A stretch of DNA of 64,000 nucleotides from Alphaproteobacteria bacterium (lineage in GTDB: Bacteria > Pseudomonadota > Alphaproteobacteria > UBA8366 > GCA-2717185). Below, in pieces: positions 1 to 11,284 of this stretch. The position numbers were made by a program, and so were the translations under genes. The DNA lies in the NCBI GenBank assembly GCA_012103325.1, contig WLWY01000001.1, forward strand, positions 1,153,653-1,217,652, in the 5' to 3' direction. Below the pieces are notes generated by a model, which ran no database searches, was not told where the DNA came from, and saw only the letters and a list, made by a program, of their open reading frames with translations. How positions within the stretch are numbered: position 1 is the stretch's first letter; each line of letters begins with the position of its first letter.

Positions 1-786
1 GTCGAAACCTGGATGCGCGATCCCTATGCGATTTACGCGCGGCATATCCTGCGGCTGCGGCCGCTCGACCCGATCGATGCGGACCCCGGCGCGGCGGATC
101 GGGGGACATTTATTCATGCCGCGTTGGACCGGTTTATTACCGGGTATCCCGAGACACTTCCCCCGGACGCGATGCGGCATTTGCTTGCGTTCGGGGAGGC
201 AGCGTTTGGGGAAGCTCTGGGGCGGCCGACAGTGCGCGCGTTTTGGTGGCCACGATTCGTTAGAATCGCGCATTGGTTTATCAATCTGGAAGCCGAGCGC
301 CGGCAAACGCTGGCGGGATCAGCGTCGGAAGTGTCCGGCACCCTGACCATCGAGGCCCCCGGCGGCCCCTTCGTTCTATCGGCCAAGGCCGACCGGATCG
401 ACAGGCTGCGGGACAGCGGGTACGAGATCATCGACTACAAGACCGGCGCGGTGCCGCAGCGCGGCGACGTCAATCTGGGATTTTCCCCGCAGCTCGCCCT
501 GGAGGCGGCAATTTTGCGGGCGGGCGGGTTCGAGACCCTTCCCGCCGGCACAGTCGACCACCTCGCCTATTGGCGTCTCAGCGGTGGCGAAACGCCCGGC
601 AAGCAACATCCGCTGCCGGGCGACGTGACCGCGCTTTCGGACAGCGCGCTGGATGGCCTGCGCGCACTTGTCGCCGCGTTCGACGATCCGCAGACACCCT
701 ATGCCGCAACGCCCCGACCGGACTACGCGCCGCGCTATAACGACTACACCCACTTGGCCCGGACGCTCGAATGGGGCGGCGGATGA
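1..786 (+). CDS. addB: AddB C-terminal fragment (double-strand break repair, PD-(D/E)XK nuclease region); 5' end lies outside the window
   Basis: The ORF frame is open from base 1 (VETWMRDPYAIYARHIL...). It sits immediately upstream of, and overlaps, the addA start, which is the usual addB-addA arrangement in alphaproteobacteria. Family assignment is by resemblance, not by a run search. Confidence 0.6.
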   Translation, partial: VETWMRDPYAIYARHILRLRPLDPIDADPGAADRGTFIHAALDRFITGYPETLPPDAMRHLLAFGEAAFGEALGRPTVRAFWWPRFVRIAHWFINLEAERRQTLAGSASEVSGTLTIEAPGGPFVLSAKADRIDRLRDSGYEIIDYKTGAVPQRGDVNLGFSPQLALEAAILRAGGFETLPAGTVDHLAYWRLSGGETPGKQHPLPGDVTALSDSALDGLRALVAAFDDPQTPYAATPRPDYAPRYNDYTHLARTLEWGGG

Positions 787-3700
787 GGGACGACGTCACC
801 GCCGAAGCGACCGCGCGGCAGCGCGATGCCTCCGATCCGGCCACAAGCGTCTGGGTGGCCGCTTCAGCGGGCAGCGGCAAAACGACCGTCCTGACCGACC
901 GGGTGCTGGCCCTGCTACTGACCGACACGCGCCCGGAGCGCATTCTCTGCCTCACCTTTACACGGGCGGCGGCCGCCGAGATGGCGCAGCGCATCAACCG
1001 CCGGCTCGCCCTGTGGGCAACCGAACCCGACCGGGACGTGCGCCAGGAAATCGCCGCCCTGCTCGACCGCGTGCCGGACGACGCCTTGCTCGACCGGGCG
1101 CGGCAGCTCTTCGCGCATGTTCTGGATGTTCCGGGCGGCTTGAAAATCCAGACCATCCACAGCTTCTGCCAGTCCTTGCTGGGCCGCTTTCCCCTCGAAG
1201 CTGAAATCGCGCCGCATTTCGAAGCGATCGACGAACGCAGCGCCGCCGAACTTCTCATGACGGCGCGGGATTCCGTCCTGTCGTCGGCCCGGACCGGCGG
1301 ACCGCTCGCCGACGCGCTCGACGTCGTCACGGGCTATATCCAAGAGGACTCATTCGGCGAGATGATGGCGCAGCTGGCGCGCGACCGCGGGCGCATTCGC
1401 CGCCTCATCGATATGTATGGCAGTATCCCGAGCGTTGCCGCGGCACTGGCGAAAAAGCTCGGGATCGCTCCGGGGCGGCGAGCCGAGGACGTCGTCGCCG
1501 ATGCCTGCCGCGATGGGGTCTTCGATACGGACGCTCTCGCCGTGGCCATAGACGCCTTGCTGGCAGGCACCGAAAAAACCGACCAGCCGCGCGGCCAACT
1601 GATCGCCCGTTGGCTAACATCCGATCCATCCGTGCGGGCGGCGTCGTTTGCCGATTACGCAGCAGGTTTCCTCACGCAGGACGGCGAACCGCGCAAGGTG
1701 CTCATTACCCGTAAGGCCGCCGAAGCCGCCCCCGACGCGGCGGAAACGCTCGCCATCGAGGCGGCGCGGCTGGTGCGGATCATGGAACAACGCCGTGCGG
1801 CGATAACCGCCGAAGCGACGGTGGCGTTGCTGCAGCTGGGCGCGGCACTCCTCGACGCCTACGAGAAGGCGAAAGCAGCGCTCGCCCGGCTCGACTATGA
1901 CGATCTGATCCTCAAGACGATCGCCTTGCTGCGCGAGAATGTCGACGCCGCCTGGGTCCTGTTCAAGCTGGACGGCGGACTCGATCACATCCTGATCGAC
2001 GAGGCGCAGGACACCAATCCGGACCAATGGGCCGTCGTCGCGGCGCTTGCCGAAGAATTCTTTTCCGGCGCCGGTGCACGGCCGGAGGTGCGAACGGTCT
2101 TCGCCGTCGGCGATTCGAAACAGTCGATCTTCAGCTTCCAGCGCGCCGACCCCGCCGCCTTCTCGGACATGCGGCGGCATTTCAGGGACCGAATCGAGGC
2201 CGCCGAAGCCGCCTGGCGCGATGTGGAGTTAAACTGGTCGTTCCGGTCGACCGCCCCGGTACTTGCCGCCGTGGATGCTGTCTTCGATCAGGACACGGCG
2301 CGCGACGGCGTCATTCCGGACGGCGTAACGATCGAGCACCGGGCCGTACGAACCGGCCATGCCGGTTCGGTCGAAGTCTGGCCTCTTATCGGTCCGCGCG
2401 ATACATCGCCCCTCGCGCCGTGGACCCCGCCGCTCACCCGGGAGCCGGCGGACAGCCCCTCGACACGGCTGGCAAACGCTCTTGCCCACCGTCTGGAGGG
2501 TTGGATCGGATGCGAAGCTCTGCCATCGAAGGGCCGGCTTGTCCGCGCTGGCGACATTATGGTCCTGGTGCGCCGGCGCAACAGCTTCGTCACGGATCTC
2601 GTCAGCGCGCTCAAGGCGCGGGATATCCCCGTCGCTGGCGTCGACCGGATGGTTTTGAGCGAACAACTGGCCGTTATGGATCTGGTCGCGCTGGGCGATT
2701 TTCTGCTCCTGCCGGAAGACGATTTGACCCTTGCAACGGTCATGAAAGGGCCCTTCATCGGCTTCGACGACGACGATCTGTTCACGCTGGCCTATAACCG
2801 GGGAAGCACAACATTGTGGCACCGGCTGGCCGATATGGCGGCCGATGACGACCGCTTTGCAGCGGCGTACGACTGGCTCGCGCGGCTGCTCGCCATCGTC
2901 GATTTTTCGCCGCCCTACGAGCTTTTCGCCCGGCTGCTCTCCGAACCGACAATTGCCCAAGACACCGGCCGGCAACGCATCGTCGCCCGGCTCGGCATCG
3001 AGGCGGAGGATCCGATCGAGGAGTTCCTCAACCTGGCGCTCGCCCATGAGCGCACCGATGTCCCGTCATTGCAAAACTTCCTGCATTGGCTGAAGGCCGG
3101 GGACGCGACGATAACGCGCGATCTCGAACACAGCGGCCGCGACGAGGTACGGATCATTACGGTGCACGGCGCGAAAGGCTTGCAGGCGCCGATCGTTATC
3201 CTGCCGGATACCACGACCGCACCCCGTTCCAGCCCGGCCGTTCTCTGGACCGACGATCTGCCGCTCTGGCCACCCAACCGTTCGCACGAACCGGCATTGT
3301 GCGTCGCCGCACGCGCGGACGCCAACTGGCGGCGCGACCAGGAATACAGACGATTGCTATATGTCGCGATGACCCGCGCCGAGGACCGTCTTCTCGTCTG
3401 CGGCTGGCACGGCCGGCAGGAACCGTCCGACACAAGCTGGTATGCGCTGATGCGCGACGGCATCGCACCGATCGCCGAAACCTTCGAATTCACAATGGAC
3501 GGCGAAGATGGCTGGAGTGGAGACGGGCTGTGCCTCGCATCGGCGCAAACCGCCGAAATCGAACCGTTCGTAGCATCGGAACTGCCGGAGACGATCGCGG
3601 AGCCGGCATTGTGGATGAACCGGCCGCCGGATCCGGAACCGACGCCACCCCGGCCACTCGCACCGTCACGGCCGTCCGCCGATCCGCCCGTTCTTTCTCC

Positions 3701-4232
3701 GATCCAGGCCGACGGCAGCGACCGTTTCCGGCGCGGTCAGCTCGTCCATCGGCTGCTTCAGACCCTGCCGGATCTGCCAACCAGCCGCCGTCGCGACGCG
3801 GCCACGGCTTTTCTCACCCGCCCCATCCACGGGGTCGATGCCGAAGAACGCGGCGCCATCGCGGATGAAGTGATGCGCATCCTGGAGGACCCCTCCTTTG
3901 CGCCGCTTTTCGCACCCGGAAGCCGGGCCGAAACGCCGATCGTCGGCACCGTAACGGGCCCACTAGGCCCGGAAATCATATCCGGACAGGTCGACCGGCT
4001 GGTGATTCGCGAAAACGAGGTCATGATCGTCGATTACAAGACAAACCGGCCGCCGCCCCTGCGCGAAAACGACGTTCCCGAAGCCTATCTACGGCAGATG
4101 GCCGCATACCGAGCGGTTATGCGGAAAATCTGGCCCAAACGGCCGATTCGATGCGTGCTCTTGTGGACCGACGGTCCGCGCACTATGTCTCTTGATGAAC
4201 AGCGGCTTGACCGCTTCTTTAACGCTTCCTAG
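771..4232 (+). CDS. addA: Double-strand break repair helicase AddA (UvrD-like helicase with C-terminal nuclease)
   Basis: 1153 aa. A Walker A motif (ASAGSGKTTVLTDRV) is followed by UvrD-family helicase motifs and a C-terminal PD-(D/E)XK-like region (IVDYKT). The start may be the ATG at 783, which overlaps the addB stop (ATGA). Confidence 0.85.
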   Translation: MGRRMRDDVTAEATARQRDASDPATSVWVAASAGSGKTTVLTDRVLALLLTDTRPERILCLTFTRAAAAEMAQRINRRLALWATEPDRDVRQEIAALLDRVPDDALLDRARQLFAHVLDVPGGLKIQTIHSFCQSLLGRFPLEAEIAPHFEAIDERSAAELLMTARDSVLSSARTGGPLADALDVVTGYIQEDSFGEMMAQLARDRGRIRRLIDMYGSIPSVAAALAKKLGIAPGRRAEDVVADACRDGVFDTDALAVAIDALLAGTEKTDQPRGQLIARWLTSDPSVRAASFADYAAGFLTQDGEPRKVLITRKAAEAAPDAAETLAIEAARLVRIMEQRRAAITAEATVALLQLGAALLDAYEKAKAALARLDYDDLILKTIALLRENVDAAWVLFKLDGGLDHILIDEAQDTNPDQWAVVAALAEEFFSGAGARPEVRTVFAVGDSKQSIFSFQRADPAAFSDMRRHFRDRIEAAEAAWRDVELNWSFRSTAPVLAAVDAVFDQDTARDGVIPDGVTIEHRAVRTGHAGSVEVWPLIGPRDTSPLAPWTPPLTREPADSPSTRLANALAHRLEGWIGCEALPSKGRLVRAGDIMVLVRRRNSFVTDLVSALKARDIPVAGVDRMVLSEQLAVMDLVALGDFLLLPEDDLTLATVMKGPFIGFDDDDLFTLAYNRGSTTLWHRLADMAADDDRFAAAYDWLARLLAIVDFSPPYELFARLLSEPTIAQDTGRQRIVARLGIEAEDPIEEFLNLALAHERTDVPSLQNFLHWLKAGDATITRDLEHSGRDEVRIITVHGAKGLQAPIVILPDTTTAPRSSPAVLWTDDLPLWPPNRSHEPALCVAARADANWRRDQEYRRLLYVAMTRAEDRLLVCGWHGRQEPSDTSWYALMRDGIAPIAETFEFTMDGEDGWSGDGLCLASAQTAEIEPFVASELPETIAEPALWMNRPPDPEPTPPRPLAPSRPSADPPVLSPIQADGSDRFRRGQLVHRLLQTLPDLPTSRRRDAATAFLTRPIHGVDAEERGAIADEVMRILEDPSFAPLFAPGSRAETPIVGTVTGPLGPEIISGQVDRLVIRENEVMIVDYKTNRPPPLRENDVPEAYLRQMAAYRAVMRKIWPKRPIRCVLLWTDGPRTMSLDEQRLDRFFNAS

Positions 4233-4298
4233 AGTCCCTTGGAAAAGAACGCTCCAGGCAAAGCGTACAAACTAGAAATAAATTCAGGGGTGCCGAAA

Positions 4299-4619
4299 AT
4301 GACAACGGTAAAGGTTTCGGACGACGATTTCGAAAACAGCGTTCTCGGATCAGGACAGCCGGTGCTGGTTGATTTCTGGGCGGAATGGTGCGGACCGTGC
4401 AAAATGATCGCACCGGCGCTTGAAGAAATCGCAACGGATATGGGCGGAAAACTTACGGTTGCCAAACTTAACATCGACGACAACCCACAGACGCCGGCCA
4501 AGTATGGTGTCCGGGGTATCCCGACATTGATGATCTTCAAGGACGGACAGGTTGCCGCGACCAAAGTTGGCGCTCTGGCAAAGTCGCAACTCGAACAATG
4601 GGTCGAATCGGTCGTCTAA
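4299..4619 (+). CDS. trxA: Thioredoxin
   Basis: Carries the WCGPC active site ([20 protein letters not shown]). Starting at [11 protein letters not shown] gives a typical 106-aa protein; the longer ORF begins at 4239. Confidence 0.9.
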   Translation: MTTVKVSDDDFENSVLGSGQPVLVDFWAEWCGPCKMIAPALEEIATDMGGKLTVAKLNIDDNPQTPAKYGVRGIPTLMIFKDGQVAATKVGALAKSQLEQWVESVV

Positions 4620-4645
4620 CTGGCGGCTCCAACCAATTCCTGCAA

Positions 4646-4677
4646 GCCCCGCCCACTGTGGCGGGGTTTTTCTTTGT
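4646..4677 (+). terminator. Rho-independent terminator downstream of trxA
   Basis: GC hairpin CCCCGCCC-ACTGT-GGCGGGG followed by TTTTTCTTT. Confidence 0.7.
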
Positions 4678-4820
4678 GCGAGACCAGATCAAGATTGGTC
4701 GAACCCATGTCATGGGTTCGAACGATTTTGTGAATCTGCTCGTCATGAATAGTTTAAGAGCAAATTCACGCGGTTGTTGGATCGCCAAAGGCGATGCCAA
4801 CCAACCCCGATTTGCTCTAA

Positions 4821-6125
4821 TTAAGCATTTTGCGCCAAAACGACACCAGCCAAATATAGCGAACCGCAAATAAGGATACGCCCGGGTTCATCAGCAGCTG
4901 TAACCAGCCCCTGAACAGCGTCTACGAGGTCCGCCGCGGGTTGCGCTCGAAGGCGCGCGGCGCGGGCGCCTTGCGCGGCCTCTTCGGCCGACAAGCTCGC
5001 CTCTTCACCCGGGATCGAGATACTACGCGATGCCCGTACAGACCGTGCGACCGGCGCAAGTAGTGCCCGCAGATCCTTCGTATTGAGTACACCGAAAACC
5101 AAATCCAGCGGGCGATTAACCCACTCCCGCGCAACTTCCGCCAGAACCTTGCCCGCGGCTGCATTATGGCCACCATCGAGCCACAACTCCCAGCCGGGTG
5201 GCAACAGATCGACCAACGGCCCGGAGAGCAGGCGTTGCAATCGTCCCGGCCAAACCACCTGTGTCAGGCCCTTGGCGATGGCGGCATTGGTGATACCGAA
5301 GCCCTCCAGCTTCTCCGTGCAGGCGATCGCCATGGCGGCGTTGTGATACTGATGTGCGCCCAAAAGCGCGGGCACCGGAAACTGGCGTATCGTCGGGCCC
5401 GACCGATAGCGAATTCCATCAACGCCGCCGGATACGCCCCAATCCGCGCCAAGGCGAAATAGCGGAGCCCCTACCTCCGCCGCCTGCTTTTCGATAACGA
5501 CTGCCGCTTCCGGAGGCTGTTCGCCGATCACCGAAGGCACATTCGGTTTCTGGATCGCCGCTTTCTCGCCGGCAATGTCCGTGAGCGTCGGCCCCAGAAA
5601 CTGGACATGATCGATCGAGATCGGCGTAATCGCCGTCAAAGCCGGCCGGTCGACCACATTGGTTGAATCGAACCGGCCGCCCAAACCGGTTTCAAGCAAC
5701 AAAATGTCCGCCGGTTTCTCCGCAAAGGCGCGAAACGCCGCCGCCGTCGTGATCTCGAAGAAGGTAATCGGGCGACCCTCGTTGAGGATTTCGCAGTAGC
5801 CGAGGAGCTGCGACAAATGTTCCTCCGGTATCAGTTCGCCCGCAAGCCGAATACGTTCGTTGAACCGGACCAGATGAGGTGAGGTGTAAGTGTGAACCCG
5901 CTTGCCTGCTGCCTCCAGAATGGCGCGCAGGAAGGCGATCAGGGAGCCCTTTCCGTTGGTGCCCGCAACATGGACAACCGGTGGCAGCCTGTCCTGCGGC
6001 CGTCCCAGCCGTTCCAGAAGATCCAGGGTCCGCCCCAAACTCAAATCGATCTTCTTCGGATGCAGCGACATCAGCCGCGCCAGAATGGCGTCGCTGCTGC
6101 GCGGGTCCATGCCTTCGGAAACCAA
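4821..6125 (-). CDS. folC: Bifunctional folylpolyglutamate synthase / dihydrofolate synthase
   Basis: Mur-ligase P-loop VHVAGTNGKGS; 434 aa; sits in the conserved folC-accD pairing. Confidence 0.85.
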   Translation of the reverse strand: MVSEGMDPRSSDAILARLMSLHPKKIDLSLGRTLDLLERLGRPQDRLPPVVHVAGTNGKGSLIAFLRAILEAAGKRVHTYTSPHLVRFNERIRLAGELIPEEHLSQLLGYCEILNEGRPITFFEITTAAAFRAFAEKPADILLLETGLGGRFDSTNVVDRPALTAITPISIDHVQFLGPTLTDIAGEKAAIQKPNVPSVIGEQPPEAAVVIEKQAAEVGAPLFRLGADWGVSGGVDGIRYRSGPTIRQFPVPALLGAHQYHNAAMAIACTEKLEGFGITNAAIAKGLTQVVWPGRLQRLLSGPLVDLLPPGWELWLDGGHNAAAGKVLAEVAREWVNRPLDLVFGVLNTKDLRALLAPVARSVRASRSISIPGEEASLSAEEAAQGARAARLRAQPAADLVDAVQGLVTAADEPGRILICGSLYLAGVVLAQNA

Positions 6126-6132
6126 GGTCAGC

Positions 6133-6384
6133 TAGGAGCCTGTCCGAGCAATGCTTATGGTCTGCACCGCGTTTTCAAGGGTTTGGGTTAGGATGGTGTC
6201 GCGTGGCGATGCCGGGGGCATCGCGAGCGGCGCCGGACGACATCCCAAACCCTTGAAAACGCAGCCCTTCGGGTCGACCAGAGAAGCGCGCGCGCTGCGT
6301 CGGGGGCGCTTGACGATGCTTCCGGCATCGCCGGCGCACCCTCTCCTAACACGCACGCTTCTCTGGTCGATGCAGGCCGCAAAC
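6133..6384. repeat. Nested palindromic intergenic element between folC and accD
   Basis: Outer inverted repeat TAGGAGCCTGTCCGAG / CTCCGACAGGCTCCTA. Inner perfect inverted repeat CGTTTTCAAGGGTTTGGG / CCCAAACCCTTGAAAACG around the palindrome CGATGCCGGGGGCATCG. A second inner inverted repeat TCGACCAGAGAAGCG / CGCTTCTCTGGTCGA. Confidence 0.6.
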
Positions 6385-6385
6385 A

Positions 6386-7348
6386 TTACTCCGACAGGCT
6401 CCTACCAGGCGGAGCCGCGTCGTCCGCCGCCTCGGCGTCGCCCGAATACGGGATTTGCAACGTGTCGTCGGGCTCGTCGTCCTGCATCTCCTCTACCGGT
6501 CGGGGCATACGCAGCAGGCCGATAATCCGGCTGAGGGTGTCGCGGAGCTCGCCGCGCGATACGATACAATCCACCATGCCGTGTTCGAACAGGAACTCGG
6601 ACCGCTGAAAATCGTCGGGCAGCGTTTCGCGAACCGTCTGCTCGATGACCCGCCGCCCCGCGAAGCCGATCGTGGCGCCGGGTTCCGCGACATGAATATC
6701 GCCCAGCATCGCGAAACTGGCCGAGACGCCGCCCGTGGTCGGATCCGTCAGCAGGACGATGTATGGCAGGCCGGCTTCCTTGAGTTCCTGCACGGCAATT
6801 ATCGTTCGCGGCATCTGCATCAGGGACAGAATGCCTTCCTGCATGCGCGCGCCGCCCGATGCCGGATTGACGATCAGCGATGCCTGCTGGCTGACCGCCA
6901 GCCGCGCCGCCTTCACGATCCCCTCGCCGGACGCCACCCCCATGGATCCGCCCATGAAATCGAAATTGAACAGGGCAACCACCACCGGCAAATCGTTCAT
7001 ACGGCCGGTCGCGACGACCACCGCATCGCGCTCCTTGGTTTGGGCGCGCGATTCCTTCAGCCGGTCCGTATAGCGTTTTCTGTCGCGAAACTTCAGCGGA
7101 TCATCGGGTATGTCGGCAAGCTCGACCTTTCGATAAACACCATCATCGAAGAGAATTTTGAGCCGCAAATCGGTCGGAATTCGAAGGTGGTAATTGCAAT
7201 ATTGGCAGACATGCAGGTTGTTCGTGAGATCCCGGTGAAAAATCATCTGGTCGCAGCCGGGACATTTGCTCCACAGGTTCTCCGGGACGTCGTTTTTCTT
7301 AACCAGCGCCTGCAGCTTGGGGCGGACGAAGTTGGTCAGCCAGTTCAT
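6386..7348 (-). CDS. accD: Acetyl-CoA carboxylase carboxyltransferase subunit beta
   Basis: N-terminal zinc ribbon [26 protein letters not shown] followed by the carboxyltransferase domain. Confidence 0.9.
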   Translation of the reverse strand: MNWLTNFVRPKLQALVKKNDVPENLWSKCPGCDQMIFHRDLTNNLHVCQYCNYHLRIPTDLRLKILFDDGVYRKVELADIPDDPLKFRDRKRYTDRLKESRAQTKERDAVVVATGRMNDLPVVVALFNFDFMGGSMGVASGEGIVKAARLAVSQQASLIVNPASGGARMQEGILSLMQMPRTIIAVQELKEAGLPYIVLLTDPTTGGVSASFAMLGDIHVAEPGATIGFAGRRVIEQTVRETLPDDFQRSEFLFEHGMVDCIVSRGELRDTLSRIIGLLRMPRPVEEMQDDEPDDTLQIPYSGDAEAADDAAPPGRSLSE

Positions 7349-8178
7349 GACCGCAACCCGCTGGCGAGCTCGCGGACATATTTATGTACCGTCTCAACCA
7401 GCTTTGCGGACGGCCGTCCGTTCTCATCAACGTCGGCGGCAATCCGGTCGACAATCGCGGATCCGACAACTGCAGCATCAGCCGTTGACGCTATTTCTCG
7501 GACAGTCTCGGCCGTGCGGATACCGAAACCGACCGCTACCGGAAGTGCGGTGTGCCGCTGCAACCGCTCGACTGCATCTCGAATTTCCACTTCGGCCGCC
7601 GATTTCGTCCCGGTAATGCCCAGGACAGAAACGTAATAGACGAACCCGCTGGTGTTCTTGAGCACCGTCGGAAGCCGTTCATCGTCCGTCGTCGGCGTCG
7701 CAAGACGGATAAAATTGAGCCCCGCCTGCAGTGCCGGCACGCACAGTTCCGCATCCTCCTCCGGGGGCAGATCGACGACGATCAAGCCATCCACACCAGC
7801 CTCACGCGCGTCTTTCAGAAACGCGTCCACACCGTAGCTGTAAATCGGATTGTAATAGCCCATCAGAATGATCGGCGTATCGCCGTCATGCGCCCGAAAA
7901 CTTCTCACCAGCTCCAACGTACGGCCCATATTGGCACCCGCTTTGAGCGCACGCAGCGACGATGCCTGAATCGCCGGGCCATCGGCCATCGGGTCGCTAA
8001 ACGGCATCCCGATCTCGATCAAATCCGCGCCGGCATCGGGAAGCCCGAGCAGGATCTTCTCGAACGTCTCGTGATCCGGGTCGCCGGCCGTCAGGAACGT
8101 GACGAATCCGCCTCGGCCCGCCGCTTTCAGCGCCGCAAACCGCTTTTCGATCCGCCCGGAGTCGGTGGCCGCGGTCAT
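7345..8178 (-). CDS. trpA: Tryptophan synthase alpha chain
   Basis: 277 aa. TrpA-like N-terminus ([26 protein letters not shown]). Overlaps the trpB stop. Confidence 0.9.
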   Translation of the reverse strand: MTAATDSGRIEKRFAALKAAGRGGFVTFLTAGDPDHETFEKILLGLPDAGADLIEIGMPFSDPMADGPAIQASSLRALKAGANMGRTLELVRSFRAHDGDTPIILMGYYNPIYSYGVDAFLKDAREAGVDGLIVVDLPPEEDAELCVPALQAGLNFIRLATPTTDDERLPTVLKNTSGFVYYVSVLGITGTKSAAEVEIRDAVERLQRHTALPVAVGFGIRTAETVREIASTADAAVVGSAIVDRIAADVDENGRPSAKLVETVHKYVRELASGLRS

Positions 8179-9386
8179 ATCTCTGTTCCCAGCGCCTCAG
8201 CGACGGTGAAGATATCCTTATCGCCGCGACCGCACATGTTCATGCAAATGATGTGATCCTTCGGCAGATCCGGCGCGATCTTGGACACGTAGGCCAAGGC
8301 ATGCGACGGCTCCAGGGCTGGAATGATCCCCTCCATCCGGCTGCACAATTGAAACGCATCGAGCGCTTCCACATCGGTGGCCGACACGTAATCGACACGG
8401 CCGGATTCATGCAGCCAGGAATGTTCCGGTCCAATACCCGGATAATCCAAACCCGCCGAAATGGAATGCGCATCGAGGATCTGACCGTCATCGTTCTGCA
8501 GCAGGTAAGTCCGGTTGCCGTGCAGCACGCCCGGACGGCCGCCGGTGAGCGAGGCGGCATGCGCGCCGGTTTCGATACCGTGGCCCGCCGCCTCGACGCC
8601 GTACATGCGTACCGACGGATCGTCCAGGAAGGGATGAAATAGACCGATGGCGTTCGATCCGCCGCCGATGCAGGCGACGAGCGAGTCGGGAAGGCGGCCT
8701 TCCGCTTCCATCATCTGCTCGCGCGCTTCGCGGCCGATCACCGACTGGAAATTGCGCACCATGGCCGGATAGGGGTGCGGCCCCGCCGCCGTGCCGATGA
8801 TGTAGAACGTCGATTCCACATTGGCGACCCAATCGCGCAACGCTTCGTTCATCGCGTCCTTCAAGGTGCCGGTGCCGCTCGTAACGGGCACCACCTCGGC
8901 GCCCAGCAGCCTCATCCGGAAAACGTTGGGTTGCTGCCGCTCGATATCGGTCGTGCCCATATAGACAACGCAGGGCAGATCGAACAACGCGCATACCGTC
9001 GCCGTCGCGACTCCGTGCTGGCCGGCACCGGTTTCCGCAATGATGCGGGTCTTCTTCATGCGCCGCGCCAGCAGAATCTGGCCGAGTGTGTTGTTGATCT
9101 TGTGCGAACCGGTATGGTTCAACTCGTCCCGCTTGAAGTAAACCTTCGCACCGCCGAAATGTTCCGTCAGACGGCGCGCAAAGTACAGCGGGCTCGGCCG
9201 GCCGGCGTAATGCTTCAGATAATCGTCAAGCTCCGCCTGGAACGACGGATCGTTTTGCGCCGCGTCATAGGCCTGCTCGACCGCAAGAATAAGCGGCATC
9301 AGCGTTTCGGCAACGAAACGTCCGCCGAACATGCCGAAATGCCCGTTCTCGTTCGGACCTTCGCGAAAGGTATTTACTTGTTTCAT
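8175..9386 (-). CDS. trpB: Tryptophan synthase beta chain
   Basis: PLP-enzyme motifs ([17 protein letters not shown]). The start is placed at [24 protein letters not shown] (ATG at 9386); the ORF track extends 116 codons further upstream, which looks spurious. Confidence 0.85.
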   Translation of the reverse strand: MKQVNTFREGPNENGHFGMFGGRFVAETLMPLILAVEQAYDAAQNDPSFQAELDDYLKHYAGRPSPLYFARRLTEHFGGAKVYFKRDELNHTGSHKINNTLGQILLARRMKKTRIIAETGAGQHGVATATVCALFDLPCVVYMGTTDIERQQPNVFRMRLLGAEVVPVTSGTGTLKDAMNEALRDWVANVESTFYIIGTAAGPHPYPAMVRNFQSVIGREAREQMMEAEGRLPDSLVACIGGGSNAIGLFHPFLDDPSVRMYGVEAAGHGIETGAHAASLTGGRPGVLHGNRTYLLQNDDGQILDAHSISAGLDYPGIGPEHSWLHESGRVDYVSATDVEALDAFQLCSRMEGIIPALEPSHALAYVSKIAPDLPKDHIICMNMCGRGDKDIFTVAEALGTEI

Positions 9387-9463
9387 CGTCACCCCGCGCC
9401 CCATTGGGCCTCGGTAACTAGTATATGGCGCCCGCCGCCGTGTATCGACTAAATCATCGTGTT

Positions 9464-10111
9464 CTACAAGGCATTTACCGCATTGAGAAATGCACGGATT
9501 TTGTCCGGGTTCTTCCGGCCTGGCGCATCTTCCACACCGGACGAGGTATCGACGACGGAGGCACCCGACAGGCTTACGGCCTGCGCGACATTCTCCGCCG
9601 TCAGCCCACCCGCAAGCATCCACGGCAGAGCCGATGAAAGGCCCCCAAGCAGACGCCACTCGAAACTCAGCGCGTTGCCGCCCGGCAGCGCGCCGGCCAT
9701 GTCCTTTGGCGGCTTCGCATCGAACATCAACCAATCGGCAACATCGAGATAAGCGTCCGCACGCCCGATATCGGTCTCGTCCGCCACGGATATCGCCTTC
9801 ATAACGGCAATGCCGGTGCGCGCTTTAAGGGCCGCGACCCGCGCGGGATCCTCGCTGCCATGCAGTTGCAGCAGATCGAGCGATGTCGCCGCAAGCGCGG
9901 CATCGATTTCCGCATCCGTCGGATCGACGAACAACCCGACGCGCGTGATGCCTTCGGGCACCAGCGCCGCCAGAGCCGCCGCCTCGCTTTGCGTCACATA
10001 GCGCGGACTGGGTGGATAGAACACCAACCCGACATGACGCGCGCCCGCATCGACCGCCGCACACATCGCCGCCGGATCGTTGACCCCACAAATTTTCGCG
10101 GCGACCGCCAT
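9464..10111 (-). CDS. trpF: Phosphoribosylanthranilate isomerase
   Basis: 215 aa with a TrpF-like N-terminus ([39 protein letters not shown]); located in the trpFBA operon. Confidence 0.85.
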   Translation of the reverse strand: MAVAAKICGVNDPAAMCAAVDAGARHVGLVFYPPSPRYVTQSEAAALAALVPEGITRVGLFVDPTDAEIDAALAATSLDLLQLHGSEDPARVAALKARTGIAVMKAISVADETDIGRADAYLDVADWLMFDAKPPKDMAGALPGGNALSFEWRLLGGLSSALPWMLAGGLTAENVAQAVSLSGASVVDTSSGVEDAPGRKNPDKIRAFLNAVNAL

Positions 10112-10120
10112 ACCGTTTGC

Positions 10121-10834
10121 CTAGTTGAGAGCCGCCGCCATGGCCCGGGCAGCAGCAGCCGGGTCGGGCGCGCGGGTAATCGGACGGCCGATGACCAGGA
10201 AATCCGCGCCGGCGTTCACCGCATCGGCGGGACCGGATGTGCGCTTCTGATCACCGGACAGGCCAAGGCTTGGCCGGATGCCCGGAACGACCAGCTTGAA
10301 ATCGGGGCCACAGGCGGCTCGCACGCTCGCGGCCTCCTTCGGTGAGCAAACGACACCGTCAAGCCCGCATTCCTGCGCCAGCCGCGCCAGCCGCAGGACC
10401 TGATCGGCCGGCGGACCGTTCTGGCCGACCGCTTCCAGGTCCGTGGTGTCGAGGCTCGTGAGAACCGTAACGCCCACCACAATGGGGCGCTTTACATTAT
10501 GTTCCGCCGCCGCTTCGCTCGCGGCTTCCGCGGCCGCGCGCATCATGGCAGGGCCGCCGCCGGCGTGGATGGTTAGAATTTTCGGACGCAACGGCACGGC
10601 GGCACGGACCGCACCCGCGACCGTGTTCGGAATATCGTGGAACTTTAAATCCAGAAACAAGGGCAAACCGGCGTTCGCCACGGCCCGTACGCCGCCGGCA
10701 CCATTCGTGGTAAAAAATTCCAGACCCAGTTTCGCGCCGCCGACGGATCCTTTGAGACGCCGGGCAAACGATCGCGCCTCATCGACATCGGTCATGTCGA
10801 GCGCAACGAAGATACGGTCTGTGGCTTTGCTCAT
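10121..10834 (-). CDS. pyrF: Orotidine 5'-phosphate decarboxylase
   Basis: 237 aa; FVALDMTDVDEA...KLGLEFF matches the OMP decarboxylase family. Confidence 0.85.
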   Translation of the reverse strand: MSKATDRIFVALDMTDVDEARSFARRLKGSVGGAKLGLEFFTTNGAGGVRAVANAGLPLFLDLKFHDIPNTVAGAVRAAVPLRPKILTIHAGGGPAMMRAAAEAASEAAAEHNVKRPIVVGVTVLTSLDTTDLEAVGQNGPPADQVLRLARLAQECGLDGVVCSPKEAASVRAACGPDFKLVVPGIRPSLGLSGDQKRTSGPADAVNAGADFLVIGRPITRAPDPAAAARAMAAALN

Positions 10835-10909
10835 GTCTCCTCCGAAGGCTGAACGGTGCGCAGTTCTACACCGCCCAAACTGCGAAGGGTAGAGGCCGCT
10901 TATTCGGGC

Positions 10910-11284
10910 TCAGCGGGCGCTGGCGACTTTCGGCAAGGTATCGGGCGTCTCAGCGGATAGGGCGACGACGGATGTGCTTTGCGCCGCCTCTTTCTCCGCC
11001 TCGTCCAGGCGCTCTCGCAGGGTATTAACCTCCTGCTGTAGACGATCGGCCCGGCGCAGCGCCAATTTCGCCCGGCCGCGTACGGTAATCGCCCTCAACC
11101 ACACGAAAAAACCGCCGCACAGGAACCCGATCGCGAAGGCGCCCAAACCAAAGGCGTACACGGAGACTTCCGCGACATAGGGTAACGGCCAAAACCCGAA
11201 CTCGACGGTCTGGCGGTTGCTCAACGCAAACAGCACGGCAACCACGATCAATGCCGCCGCGAACACCCAGTAGAGTAGTTTCAT
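10910..11284 (-). CDS. lapA: LapA/DUF1049 family inner-membrane protein
   Basis: 124 aa with an N-terminal transmembrane region ([31 protein letters not shown]) and a C-terminal coiled coil. It lies directly downstream of ihfB, as in other alphaproteobacteria. Confidence 0.7.
   Translation of the reverse strand: MKLLYWVFAAALIVVAVLFALSNRQTVEFGFWPLPYVAEVSVYAFGLGAFAIGFLCGGFFVWLRAITVRGRAKLALRRADRLQQEVNTLRERLDEAEKEAAQSTSVVALSAETPDTLPKVASAR

Noticed and set aside
4680-4760. tRNA-like hairpin GGTCGAACCCATGTCATGGGTTCGAAC after trxA
   Set aside because: It resembles a T-arm in both orientations but lacks D and anticodon arms. It is more likely a bidirectional terminator or a simple palindrome.
6455-7636. 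393-aa plus-strand ORF
   Set aside because: It is antisense to accD and trpA. The minus-strand products have diagnostic motifs.
8175-9734. 519-aa trpB ORF as given in the track
   Set aside because: The first 116 codons (Cys/Arg-rich) have no TrpB similarity. The conserved N-terminus begins at the internal ATG at 9386, and the gene is called there.
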